DNA of 64,000 nucleotides from Basidiobolus meristosporus CBS 931.73 (taxonomy: Eukaryota > Fungi > Basidiobolomycota): the NCBI GenBank assembly GCA_002104905.1, contig MCFE01000294.1:37839-101838 (forward strand). The letters are read 5' to 3'. Shown here piece by piece: positions 38,843-51,870 of the stretch (position 1 is the first letter of the stretch; the number at the start of each line of letters is the position of its first letter). Position numbers and translations under genes: made by a program. Below the pieces are notes generated by a model that did no database searches, was not told the origin of the DNA, and saw nothing but the letters and a program-made list of their open reading frames with translations.

Positions 38843-40140
38843 GAAGTTCCACCTAAATACCCCCCTAAGTTAGTCACTGAGATCACTACCCACAAATCTT
38901 AGTGAATACTGACCAAATTCCTTTTTGTGATTTACTGGGAATACTTTCACCAAAACATCAAGTACCTAGAACATGAAAATTCTCAAAGTTGCCCAGATAG
39001 GCACAAACATTACACGCATATTCTTGGGATCTTCCTAACCATAATCTATGTGCTTATTATGCCAAGGCCATGTAAAAGCATAAATACTCCCTTAACACTC
39101 ATTAATTATTAAGTGAAAACCACATAATATACTTGTTCTCCCAGTCACTTGTAATATCTCCAAGACTCTTACAACAGAAGCAAAAGTAGTAAACAAACAT
39201 GTCTAGGAAGGTTCCAAGACCTTGTGTGCAAGCTTTGGAGCAGTTTGGACAACTTTGAGAAACTTCATGCTCTGGGTTCCTGATGACTTAGTAAATATAC
39301 CCTAAGAGAAGAAATTGAGAAAAGGCCTGCAGTATACAGTCATGATCTCTGCTGAACTCCAGCTTTCTCAAAACTGACAACCCTCAATATCTTGGGCTCC
39401 AGCTATTGGGCAAAGAAGCAGACATATTTTGCTGGAGGAGGCTAGGCTGACTAGCATTCATACAAAATTTGGTAAGCAGCTGCTCACTACTTCCACCCAA
39501 GATTGAAACAGTAAATTTCAATGAGAAACACCAGCAGAATACCAGCTGAGAATCACAAGTACTCCAAGTTTGCGATTTCTCCTAGGGATATTTGTAGCAC
39601 GTCCCGTCAAGGAATTTTACCAGATTTCCCCAAGATTTGTAGACTACGATCTAAATGACTAGGTTAGGTGAGTATTTGGGTGTAATTACGAAATTTACAA
39701 CACCAATCACTTCCAACATCTCCGGAACTCTTTCAACGAAGCTTGCAACAAACATGGACACGGCAATCTTTCTCCAGACCAGCAGCAGCAGTCACCAAGG
39801 CAAGGTAGACAGCCAAGGGCAGCAATATTGGGGCTCATTTCCTGTTGGAAGATTCTGGGGAGTGTTGGAAGTGATCGGGAGCACTAGAAGAGCTGTGTGA
39901 CATTCGCTTATCGTTAGATTTACAACTAGGAGGACTAGTAGATTATGTGGTGCTTATACTTGGACTTACATTAGGTCATGGCAAAACGAACATGCGTAAT
40001 ATGTCTGGAAAGGACCCGAAAATATTGGTGCAACGTTCAGGTGGGGAGGGGGTCATTTGAACAACATTAAGAGCTTGGGCGTCCAGGGTACCTGGCATTC
40101 TGGCGAAAATAGTCCGGGTAAATCCTGACGAAGAAACTCC
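38843..40140. repeat. Cluster of further copia LTR copies and fragments in both orientations
   Basis: ~38850-39176 (+), ~39190-39290 (-), ~39590-39702 (-) and ~39842-40140 (-, diverged, CpG-retaining). Confidence 0.65.
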
Positions 40141-42700
40141 CCCTCCGCCTGAGTGACGCGAATCGGCCCCGCATCCAGCATAGATATCACCAGGGATCCC
40201 ACGGACTTGTCAGGAAGACCCAAGTTTGACTGGCAATTGTTCAGGGCAACTTCGGTTCAATGTACAGTGGTGGAAACGCAAGTCATAATGGCACAGGAAG
40301 AGCCTTTGGTTGGTTGCATGCAATGGTTAGGGCGTAACCGGATGTGGTGGAAGTGGTGCACCAAATCTTTTTGAATCTCGGTCCCCATCATACCACCTTC
40401 GAGTACCCTTGCCCTTCCCACAGCACAGCACCATGCTGCGAGCTCGTCACCCAGGGAAAATCCCCCGGTGCCGGTGCACGTCAACAGTCAGCTGCCAGGG
40501 GTGGTGAGATCCCATACCACCGTAACATGGACCATGGTGGGTGAGTGTGAATCCTGGATCAGTCGTACCTCCAGGAAATACGAGGGGACAAAAAATCTGG
40601 TGTAGCATCAACCGCACCAGCCACTCCGTAAGGCGTATCCGTGGTTGGTGGGGGGGTGGGCGGGGCGGCGGCACTGACCAGATAACTCGGAAATCTCGCA
40701 CTATGTTTGGACGAGCAGGGGGAGGACACGTACGTGCGTCATGCGTCCGTGATGCAGGGTGAGGATGGTGATCGTCATGACGTGGTGAGTCGGTTACTGC
40801 CCCTCACCAACCCGTATGGATGGGATAGCGGCGGTGCACGAGTGATTCTGTGGCAGGCCAATCGGGTAACCGGCCCTCGATGAAATAGGAACCCTTCTTA
40901 AGGTATACACCCGTCGATTAAACGCGTGACATATGAGCGTGCTACCACCGAGTCTACCGGTAACTTCTTTGGCATGCCTCTTACAGAAGGGCGTAACCCT
41001 CCATACAATCAGTGGCTACTCCGAGATCTCGATATCCCCTCCACCTGATCTCGATGTTGATATCAACTGCGCAGTGATATCGTCTTGTCCAATGATCCCC
41101 CCTCCCACTTAAGGTGCGCCTATGGGTGGTTATGTGCGGAGTGTGGACTCCACCGAACCACCGCCGAGAGACCTGACTCATGGACCAACTCGATCTGAGC
41201 CTAGACTAATGATGGGATGATATGGGCTCAGAGTCGGATGGCGTGGTCAGGTCCAACAAGAAGCTCGTTGGAAGACCGCGACCTGCGATGGTATCCTCGG
41301 ACAAGGACTCACGCCGACTTTGACGAGGAGACAGGAGGGTGGCTGAGGAAGATCTCTTTGCCCATCGGGATGGGCGCCAATCAACCTCACTGATGCCACA
41401 CCACACCACACTACACCACACCTCGATGACCACCTATTTCATCCACCCAGAAAGTGTATCTGGTTTCAGAATCATCAGACCAAGAGGACTCCATATGGCA
41501 AATCGTTTGGATGACCGTACCGCCAAAGGAACATGCGAGTCGTAAATTACCATCCGGAATAGGTTGCTGATGGACTGATTGGGTAGGTCGAATTAGGTGT
41601 ACGCATCGAACCGAGGAATTCCAAGTCAACGATTCGTGCAGAGGGGCAACCCATATCGGGCCTCATCAAACACCCTAGAGGTAAGAAGACCAGAAATGGG
41701 ATCAGATCCTTTATGGCAACTCCGAGGATTCGCCAAATCTAGAACCAAGCCCATCGCGGAGAAGACATGGCCCATTGGCCGCAATACGGGGTCCATTTCT
41801 ATTGGCGAGATGAATGGTCGTCACCCAGGTGGAGCTGAGACAATGTCTGAATTTGGGTTTCGAATTTGAGGTCCTAACCCCTCCCCCTGCAAACGCGTAT
41901 ACGTACAGCCTAAATGCCGAAATCTCGACGTTCGCGGTCCGATGATTCTAGATGGATGTCGAGTGGTAAAAGGAAAATTCATCCGACAGGACGGATACAG
42001 CCACCAGGGTGAGTAAGAATAACCTCACCCATGAGGTGGCTACCGAGGCGAGTGGCCCGGGGAACTTCAGCGAAGTAAGCAGATCCATCGCAAAGGATGG
42101 CGGAACGGGGGGCAGTTGCGTTACTGTTGTACCCATTCACTAAGTAGAGCATCTGGCCCTGTGGGGGAGAGGGGGGTGATTCTGGATTGTTTGCTATGCG
42201 AACTTTATCTTCACACTTCCCGAATCTTATCATCGCAATCCCCGAAATTCATGGCCCTTTTCCACCTGGATTTTTCCCCTAATATTGGGAACCATCCCAT
42301 CTGAATGATCATCAAATCGCATGACTCTCTCTGGATGACCTTGATTGGCCGCACCTGGTGACGTAGGCCCGTTTGGGAAGGAAGGACTCGGTTGGGCTAA
42401 GGATTAGGATTAGGGTTGGGGTTAGGTTGGGAAGTATCCAACCACGCCCGAACCACAGATACTTGGGCCAAAATAAGGCTCACTTACCACACCTTAATAC
42501 GCAACTCCGAGGAAACATTGAAATACGTACACAGAATATCCGGTGGGATTCGGGGGTTTTATTCAAAATCTACGCGTCATATTGTCTAGGGGATGAGAGG
42601 GGGGTGGACATGAACGGGATGTGTTACAAAGGTCAGGATGTGTAGGGTGGAGGGGGTTATGCACGTTGGGGCGATTGGATGACGCGACAAGCCCACGAAT

Positions 42701-44077
42701 TTACAATTGGTTTTTGATCTTCAAGGCAACCATGGCGGCCAATGCGGCGCCAACACCGCTACCGTCCTTGGCCATGGTAAGCTTGATGTGGTTCTCCACG
42801 ATATCAGAGCCAAGCAGCTCGCGCATGGCTTCGGTCAAGTTGCCCTCGAAGCCAGGGTAGAACTCGAACAGAGAGCCATCGATACCGATGGTGACCGATT
42901 GCTCGAGAAGATCTTGGCGGGCCGATACGACGGCGGCCAAACCAGCGCCAGCGAGTCTGGCGGCTCTACGACCGATCATGTGACAAATCCGCTTCAGCAT
43001 CTGGCGGTCAGTCAAGGTGGAGTCGTTGATGTCCAAGCTGTTCTCCAGGACGGATTTAGTGTCGGTGAGGTTCTCGGTGGTGTCACTCTCGATGGTAGAC
43101 ATGTAGGAGGTCTCGAAGGAGAATGGAGTGTTGAGCATCTTGGAAGATCTTCCGTCGAAGATCAAGCGTCTGTCAATCAAGTTGAAGAGGACCAGTTGGA
43201 CAAGAGTGCCCAGGTATTCGCCGGAGATCATCTTCTCGAAGATCTGGCTGCCGGGACTGATGGACTCGCGGTCCAAATGGTTGTCGAACATGGTGCAGGG
43301 GAGGGAAACTCTCTCGTTATCGAAGGCTCCCCATTCGATGTTGACGATCATGTCGTCGGACTTGATGTGGCTGAGGTCCATTTTGGTGATGTTGCGGGTC
43401 TTCTCGATGAAGGCGGTGTTACTTCCGGTGCCCAGGATGACTCCCATGACACTGTTACGATCTTGGTAGCTACTGGCGAGAAGGGTTCCCACGGTATCAT
43501 TGAGGATAGCAACCACCTTGACGTTGAGGCCAAGGTTGTCCAATGCGTACTGTAAAAGCTGGACCACGTCACGGCCGACGGCTCCGGGGATGTCGAATCC
43601 CTTGTTCCAACGGACAAGCTTGCCAGAGTCGATGGCGGTTTGGTCGATGGGGTAGGAGAAGGTGAAGCCCAAAGGAAGGGGCTTTCCGTCGACGTCGATC
43701 TGGTTGGAGATCTGGCCCAAGAAGAGCTCGACGTTTTGAGCCATGGTCTGGAAAAGCTCCTTGTGATCGCCGGTCTTCAGGCTGTTGGGGATGTTAAACT
43801 TGTGCTGCTTGAGGGCAATCTGACCTTGACCTTTGAGGGTAACCAGACAGACGCGAAGGTTGGTGCCACCTAGATCCAAGGCAAGGAACTGGCCAACCTC
43901 ATCGCCGGTAGCTCTGTCGGTGATGAAGGAGGGGATCATGTTGCCATTGAACTTGGGGTCGGATCTGCGGACCTTGATTTGCTCGAGGAAGTGCTCCTTG
44001 ATTTTCTGCAGCTGCTCGGCGGGGGCGGAGAATTGCTCCTCGAGAGCATTCATAGCCTGGATTTGTTCGGGGTTCAT
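42701..44077 (-). CDS. HXK: Hexokinase (intronless, 458 aa)
   Basis: LALDLGGTNLRV, LGFTFSYP, ILNDTVGT, GVILGTGSN, NIEWGAF, FEKMISG, IDGSLF and KDGSGVGAA; open frame with strong codon bias. Confidence 0.96.
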   Translation of the reverse strand: MNPEQIQAMNALEEQFSAPAEQLQKIKEHFLEQIKVRRSDPKFNGNMIPSFITDRATGDEVGQFLALDLGGTNLRVCLVTLKGQGQIALKQHKFNIPNSLKTGDHKELFQTMAQNVELFLGQISNQIDVDGKPLPLGFTFSYPIDQTAIDSGKLVRWNKGFDIPGAVGRDVVQLLQYALDNLGLNVKVVAILNDTVGTLLASSYQDRNSVMGVILGTGSNTAFIEKTRNITKMDLSHIKSDDMIVNIEWGAFDNERVSLPCTMFDNHLDRESISPGSQIFEKMISGEYLGTLVQLVLFNLIDRRLIFDGRSSKMLNTPFSFETSYMSTIESDTTENLTDTKSVLENSLDINDSTLTDRQMLKRICHMIGRRAARLAGAGLAAVVSARQDLLEQSVTIGIDGSLFEFYPGFEGNLTEAMRELLGSDIVENHIKLTMAKDGSGVGAALAAMVALKIKNQL

Positions 44078-47000
44078 GATGATGGAATGGAGAGTTGAAA
44101 AGAGAGAGAATTGATTTTAACCGAGGATCGACCCACCGTGTATTAATACTCCGTGGTAGGTGGCTGATCTGTCCGATGTAGCGATCTCGCATTGCTTGTC
44201 TAGTGTGGTGCGCACGAAGCCACACTCTCAATTGACGTGGCGGTTACGGACTGAAGAAGCTAGACATGTGTTCAATCAAACTGTGTTCGAAACCTGATTT
44301 ACCTCGAAAAGGAATGTTGGGAAAAGGCGTGTGTCGCGTCCAGTGAACGCCCCCTCGAGCAACACAACAAACGATCCTAGGCAGCGATATGGCACCGGTA
44401 ATACAGACAACCGGGGGGTGATTGGTGGTTTCAAATGGCTTGGTGAGCTTGGTCATATTGAAGAGGAGAAATCCGGATGATAAGATTCACTCGAGGCACC
44501 CAGCTCACTCAGCGACCTCGCGCGTTCGCAACCATCCACAGTATTGGTTCTGCTGATAAGAAGCCCGCCCATTTCTGGCCCATGTTGCTCAAGAATCTAG
44601 ATGCTGGAATCTGAGACCACTTCCTGATGGGTGGGCCTATCCAGCAGGCAGACCCCAGACACAAGTGCCCTCTTGACTCCTCCCTCGCTATCGCGATGCA
44701 AATGGGAATGCTCATTAATTCTCTCGACGTTTCGGCATTTCCAAATGCGGTGCCCTTATCTTGTCTCTTGCGTATTTCCTAATCGGGCGGCGGCTCGTAT
44801 CGCAGATGAATCACCACGCGAAGATCTATCGATAAGATGCGGCTGGCACGTATGGCATGGAGTTCGGTAAACCGGCAGAGACAGGGATCCATCGGTGGCA
44901 CAGCTCCCCCGTCCCGCACCATATTCTACTGAAGATGGCTTCGTCTGTGCCTTCAGCCTTGCCACAATCCAGAAGCGTGCCATGTGTTGTTCGCAGCCCA
45001 CGAGTTGGTTGATGGGCGAGGTTGCTGCCCGGAGGGGACATATTACTACACATGGGCAAATATGAATATTTATATCGAAGATAGCCTAAACTGTCGGTTG
45101 GGATCAGACTGTCCTGTTATGTGTGTGCTGATAACAGAGACGGTGCACTGATTAGGTTGAATTTGTTCTCAGTTCAGCAAATCGCAAATGAAGCAAGCGC
45201 TTGGATTGTATTTATTAAGGCTGCATATAGCAAGAAGCAGTAATCCCTCGGCCCAATCAGCAGACGCAGGTGGCCGGCGCGCTTTTTTCCTGCTTCGAGG
45301 GTGTTCATGTTTTGGTGTCGAAGAGCAGCCAGAATGAGTCCAAGAGTAGCTAAAGGATTATGGTCGTGTTAGCTGTTGATTCTCCAGCCCAAGAACCAAT
45401 ATCCTTATCTCGGTTCTAGTGTGCTAAGAACCAGCTGATAAAGCCAAGACCTAGCCTTCTTAACGAGGCCCGGGCAGAACAGCTAAACGATACGGATCGT
45501 ATCCTTGAGACAGGCTGGGTCAGGCTCATAGATAGCAACCACCCACTATCGATGAAGGGTGTTTATGCCCTCCCATCAAATTTGCTCCCAGGACAAGCCA
45601 TATACAATCTACGTGTCTCCAATTTGCACGAAACAGCACCTTGACCTCAAGGGGTGCCACATTACTGTAGATCTGGAAGGACAGCTGCACCATCAATAGC
45701 ACAAAATACAGATGTGAGGTGCGTGTGCATAACCGTAGTGGGTCTCCAGGTTACTCGAACATCACAGACAATTCCAGACAAACACTGGTCGAGGGCGCTG
45801 TTCTATGGCTATTTCAGCGCACGTTACTTATTGACAATTGGCATGACCATATTAACAGGCCTTTGTTTTGGTAACTAAATACTTGGAATGCTGTATGATC
45901 CCAGTGCATTTGGCATATTGACCGATAACAGATGACACAACCTAATAAGACTTGGGTGTTTCATATTGTTGTCCCTTGATCCTCACTGGCCAATGGGCGG
46001 GGGCTTTTGTGTATAACCTAAGCAGCATATTGCACCAATCCACAATCCTGACCGCTCAGAGCGAACCTGGCCAATTACGACCTTGCCTTCACCATGGATC
46101 ATTCGAGGATCTCCATAAGCATAAGGAAAAGAGGGGAAGGTTGCATCCCAACGATCCCACGGTCTGGATTTCGCTGATGCCCTATCTCGCCAGGGTGCAC
46201 TCAACGTGGGGGATCACCCGCAGATTGGATGGTTCTTTGGTAAGATATCAATGATTTGGGATCATTTGGGCCATAATTGGTAACTCAGCGAAGGTCTCAC
46301 CTATTTCCTTCTCGCAAAGCTCCATATGTGGCAGTCACCTTCTGGGTGATCAAATTCGAACGAAATTGTCAGCTATCTCTGCACGGCATATTTGGATGCG
46401 ACCAACTAATGCATTCGATGGAACAGTTTGTGTCTGCAGCATTTTCTGAGCAATCGCATCCGGCGGCCAGAAGAAATTTCTAGAGATCATGTCGGACATT
46501 CGGCCTCCCTATTGAAGGAAATCTCTCATGGGGAAAAGCGCAGCCCCGAGGAGGCTGGGCCTTCCAGACATGTGCTGGCGGTAAGCGACTCCGCAATGTT
46601 GGCGCTACAAGCCCCTACCGCCATCATCCCTCATTCACGGTGGCCCTGTCTTCACCAAGCGACAAGCTCAGCCGGTGGGTCTGAATCCGGAAAAAAGGCC
46701 CACGCGGATTCTTGTTTTCGTATAGATATTCCACATAGCGTGCTGCTTCTTGTTTTTAATGGTAAGCGAATGCATACAAAGCGGACTTGCCATTTATAGG
46801 TTCATCGACGACACTTTTGAACCATCGACACGGCCTATAGGCTGTCTTCTGACGAAGCGAGTATATTAAAATACTTTTTTGTTGTTGAAACTAAAGCCAC
46901 AATGAGAGAGCTGGAATAGGAGCTGTACCTTGCATAATGAGATAGATGCACTCAATATGGGTCATTCGAAACATCCAAATAGAGTTAAGAATATAGAGAG

Positions 47001-47232
47001 ACAGGTGCGATTTCGATCTCCGACCATAACCTAGCCCAATTAATTACCGAGACGGGATGCAGGTTTTCATCCGTAACGATCGTTCGGGAATTCAAATAGC
47101 AGGCCGTCCGGGACCAGGAACAAATAAAAGTCACCGTTCGACCCACCTCAATTCCAACAAGTACAAGTTTTTCTAAGGCTTTAGAACAAACTACGCTACC
47201 GTCTCCTTACCACTTGTATCTTTCACTCCATC

Positions 47233-48732
47233 ATGTCTGAGGAAAAACGCAACGCCAATGACTCGAGGGATATCGGGTATCCTCCCTTCGCCATTTTTTG
47301 TACCTTGGTGGCTTGCATTGTGATGTTCTCCAGTGGTTTCACCACTTCCTCTACCAATATCAGTAAGTGAGCTGGGCAGCCGTCTTCGAAGCGCTTCTTA
47401 TTCACCATTCTCTTTCGATTCACAGCCTCCGATTCCATTCTTAACTGTCCCGAAAACAACATGAAGTTGGACGGAAGATTCCCCCATTGCTTCAAAATGG
47501 GCAGTTGGTTGTGGGGTTTCGCCGTCGGTAACGCCGCTCTTGGTGGTATTTTCGGATGTATGTTGGCCGGTTACACTCAAGAGAAGTACGGTCGCCGTCT
47601 CTCCATGATCGGAAACAACTTCTTCTTCGTCTTGGGTGGTCTGTTGATGGGCATGTCTATCAACCCTGGAATGTGGATTTGCGGCCGTTTCTTGATTGGT
47701 TTCGCTTGCGGTCACGGTGCTGTCATCTTGCCCACTTACATTGGTGAGGTCGCTCCCATCAAGACTCGTGGTACTTTCGGTACTTGCAATCAGTTCAACA
47801 CTGTCATTGGTATCCTTGTGGTTGAATGCATGAGTTTGGGTATGGCCACCTCTGTCGGATGGAGAGTCTTGGTTGCCCTTGTTGGTGCCTTCGGTCTTGT
47901 TCAGGCTCTTCTGATGCCCATGTGCGTCGAGACTCCTCGTTACCTTGTGTCCATGGGTAGAAACGATGAGGCCAAGGTCTCTTTGCAGAAGTTGAGAGGC
48001 AACTACGACATCGAAATCGAATTCCAAGAGATTCTCCAAGCCCGTGAGGCCGCCAAGATGCTCCCCAAGAACCTCAGTGTCGTCGAAATCATCAAGGACA
48101 AGCATTGCACTGTCCCCTTCATCATTTGCCTCGGTCTCGGTGCTCTCCAGCAATGGTCCGGTATTAACGGTATCATGTACTACTGTACCTCCATTTTCGG
48201 TGAAATCTACCACGACAACGCCAAGTACGTCACTGTCGGACTTATGGGTCTCAACGTTTTCATGACCATCGTTTCCGTCGTCCTTGTCGATCGTTCTGGC
48301 AGAAAGTTCTTGCTCCTTCTTTCCAGCGGTGGTTCCGCACTCTTCAATATTCTCATGTGCGTCGGTCTCCAAATCAACAACCACGGTTTGACCGTTGCCT
48401 CCATCTTCATCTTCGTCGCCTTCTTCGCCGTCGGTCTTGGCCCAGTTCCTTTCCTCATCATGACCGAGTTGATGCCCACCAACGCTGTGTCCGGCACCAC
48501 CAGTACCGCCCTTGCCATTAACTGGCTTTCCAACTTCGTAATTGGTCTCATTTTCCCTGCTGTTTCTGAAGCCATCAACGGATATATCTTCTTGATTTTC
48601 GCTGGCTGCTGTGCCGCCGGATTCATTGGAATTCTCTTCTTCGTCAGAGAAACCAAGGGTAAGAGTATCGAGGAATTGACCTCCAGAAACAGAGGTGGTG
48701 AAGAGATGAATGGCGCCAAGAGAAAGAACTAG
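47233..48732 (+). CDS. MFS sugar porter, GLUT/SLC2-like (~478 aa; exons 47233-47362 and 47426-48732)
   Basis: GTAAGT...CACAG intron keeps the frame. Motifs YGRR, EVAPIKTRG, ETPRYL, QQWSGIN, VDRSGRK, GLGPVP and RETKG. Confidence 0.93.
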
Positions 48733-51700
48733 ATCTCTCATTGATGTATTGAATTAATATTTTTTAGATTTAACCTATTACATGATACCCGCATCCTATT
48801 ACTATCGGTAACCAGTGTAAAATTGCTACGGTTATTTTAGAATAATTTGTCGAAATAAAACCTATGTCGTTGATTGACAAAAGCGTGCTCGATTTCGATG
48901 GTGTATTGGTCTGGTGGGTTCAAGGCAAATGCCCAGCTACGAGCGACGCTTATCTCCATCGTGCTAACTATGGAAGTCTGTCGATCGATATGCTTTCCTA
49001 ATACGGGGCCCTTGATATCAGCGATCACTCGAAATTGGTGGGATGTCTCGATGCGGGTTTCTGTTTACATGGCCAACAGATTAGGCGCTCGGCAAGTTTG
49101 TCGATCCAATCACATCCGAATATCAGCCGCTCCATTTAGGCATTCGAATAAACAACCTTTGTGTGGAATTTCGAGAATCGATTTGTTGGCCTCGAAAGAG
49201 GCCTATTTCATCCAAATCCAAACCTAAGCTAAAAGTAACTTCAGAATGCCGGGCTGGGCTTTCCAATTGTGTTTCGAATTATGCCTTTATTGGGGGTCCG
49301 TATGTCAACAAACCTTGTGCATTGGGCGAGACCAGGTGGCAAGAATGGTATATCTTCTCAAGCATCCAAGAAAGTCCCTCGATGTAAGGCAGATCGAAAG
49401 GGTGTCCAAGAACAGCTGGTGCCTGGTGGAAAGTTGATTGCCGGTTTTTTATCCGGGATCTGTGTTGCTCATACATACTACCAAATATAGTCAGCACTGG
49501 ATTTGCTGTATGGACAAATTGAGCGATGCTTATGTAGTTAGCACTTGTTGAAGAGCGTTCAGTGGCAGTCATATAACGCTCACGGATATCTATTGCGCTA
49601 GCTATTGCATGGATAATACTTTGAGGAAATACGTATGTGCACCCTTGCCAAATCACCTGGCTCATTAGCATCCGATGTGGTATCGCGTTAGCGCCGAATG
49701 GCAACGGCGAGCATCTTTGAAAATGCGTAAAGCACCTCAAACTCGACCTAGGTCTTCACGGATATAACGGTCGACAGGATTGAGTGAGGGATCAACGGAA
49801 TGATGAGCCAGAGGTGACAGGGTGCGCAGACGGACACAGTTATTCCAGATAGCCTGAAAAAGGTAAACAGCAGCTGCATCAGGCTTCCTTCGCCTTTCCA
49901 TTGGAACCGCCAATACCTCTGAGAGCGTTGACCATTTGATTTTAAGGGTTTTCACCTTTTCTATCGTGTTCTGTATCAGAAGTTCGGTGCAGCTCCTCGT
50001 ATTTTACTGAAGCTTCGTTATTGACGGCCAAAAGTAGGATCGGAGTGGTATTGAAGGGTGGTAAGCACAAGAGCCGGTGCCTAGTCATACAATGGGCCCA
50101 TGAAGATAGACATCAACCACTCCGTTTTACGATACGCACTTAATCTGTCGCTCATTTAACTATTCGTAGCTTCTCTCTGCATCCTAGCGTGACTCGTTAC
50201 TCGCTTCGTGAAATGAAGTGTACATGTGCCTTTCTATTCTGGTCTGATGGATACTTGCATCGGTAAATTAATTTCCCGTTAATTAATACGGCCATAATTT
50301 AGCCAATGCAGGGCAGCTCAGGTGGTTGAGCTCCAAATATTCTCGGTATTTCTCCATGGGCAAGGCCGCTCTGAGAGAACTCGGTAAATGATCGAGCCCA
50401 CAGATACGATTCCAGAAACAGCAACATTCACTGCAAGAGGGGATGGCGCTTGTGATGGGCTGAAGTGGCTGAAGCAGTACCTCGTGGGTTTGGCGTAGGT
50501 AGTTGGTGAACGGGTACTCGCAGAGTTTGGTAACCGATGGGATGAGACTGCTGCATCACTGTCCGTTACAACAGCCAGAGACCAACTTATAGCACAGGTA
50601 GCCTAGATCTCGGAAATAGCGCTCAAATGAGGCATTGCTCACACGAGTTGGATGCTGGAAACAATCAGTACATCCCTTAATTAAACAGGCATCGTTATTC
50701 CATTTGAAAGTCCGATATTCGTTGCTCCATATTAGGAGTGCTCTCCCGCGGCATATGGAAATACTCAAAGTTAGTTTCCGACCCGAACGAATCACTTTTC
50801 ATCCGGATTTCCAAGGCCTAGCATAACGTTCCAACGTTGGCTTATTTTTCGCTATTAGAGTGACTTCGACTTCATTTGGTCCAAGAGTGCATGGATTGGG
50901 TGAGAAGCCAAGTAAATACTGTGGGGTACACATGCACATCCAGTAGATCTGGGATACTGCTACAAGCGGGCCAATTCTACACAGTGCTTTATGGGGGTTC
51001 GGGCATTTGGTTCGGTGGCTGGCACTCAACCTCGTGGTTTGCCATTACTTCGATTGCTCTACATTTCAGCGGAAATGTTGCCGTTGGGGTGTAACACCCC
51101 CATTTCCAATGTTTTCCACACACAACAGAGTAACTGTTTGGTATCAAATTTCCATTGACCATTCGACTCCAGTGCTTCATCCTTGGCCACATTTTTCCAC
51201 CACCTCAAGGCCCTAGTCGATTTTTCGAAATTCCATCCCAAGTAGGAGAAGCCAACTTTTGTTGGTATAGGGTCCTTAGCAGAGGCGGTCTATTCGCCCC
51301 TATCGATTTAACACCAGAACTAGTGTAGTATGCATATCGATAATCAATCGGAGTTGCTGAAAATCGCCGTTCATGCTGCCTTTCTATATCTAGATGATCG
51401 TGAGGAGTAGGATCGTAGAGGCCTTGAGCTACAGCAATGCGTAAGGTAACAATGGTAGTGGCCAATCCAAATTTCCAAGATATTACGGTAACACGACGAG
51501 GCGATTAGAAAGGCTCCCAAGAGAGTTTTTATTGGTGAAATGCCCTGGAGAGTTCTATTGAACGCCCATGCCGCCAAGATTATACGGATGGTGTTACAGC
51601 TGATTAGTTCCCTAAACGTAGTGTTGATGCTACGTGTATTTGACCATGCTTGGCATCAAGTGTGTAGTCAAGAACAGGTGAGAATTCTTCGAAGCGAGCA

Positions 51701-51870
51701 AGCAAGTAGAGCTGGTGACCCAAAAACCGGTTCCTAGCAGGGAATCGAGCTAATCGGCTCCTGCAATCGTTTTGGGTGGTACGTCCTGAGAGGAATATTG
51801 GGGCACCCAATGGCTGTGTGATTGAGATGTTTATATAGATCTGCAGGTATGTGAGGGGCACGTCGCAAAT

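Noticed and set aside
42707-43555. 282-aa plus-strand ORF (and other short ORFs) over the hexokinase
   Set aside because: Antisense shadow of a codon-biased gene; no recognisable motifs.
44270-44300. tRNA T-loop-like GTTCGAAACC
   Set aside because: No flanking T-stem or cloverleaf pairing found.
47398-48741. 447-aa minus-strand ORF over the transporter
   Set aside because: Antisense shadow; the plus strand carries all the sugar-porter motifs and the intron.
50283-51250. Possible cryptic spliced gene on the minus strand
   Set aside because: Some plausible splice signals and protein-like stretches, but in-frame stops and no recognisable family. It needs RNA-seq.
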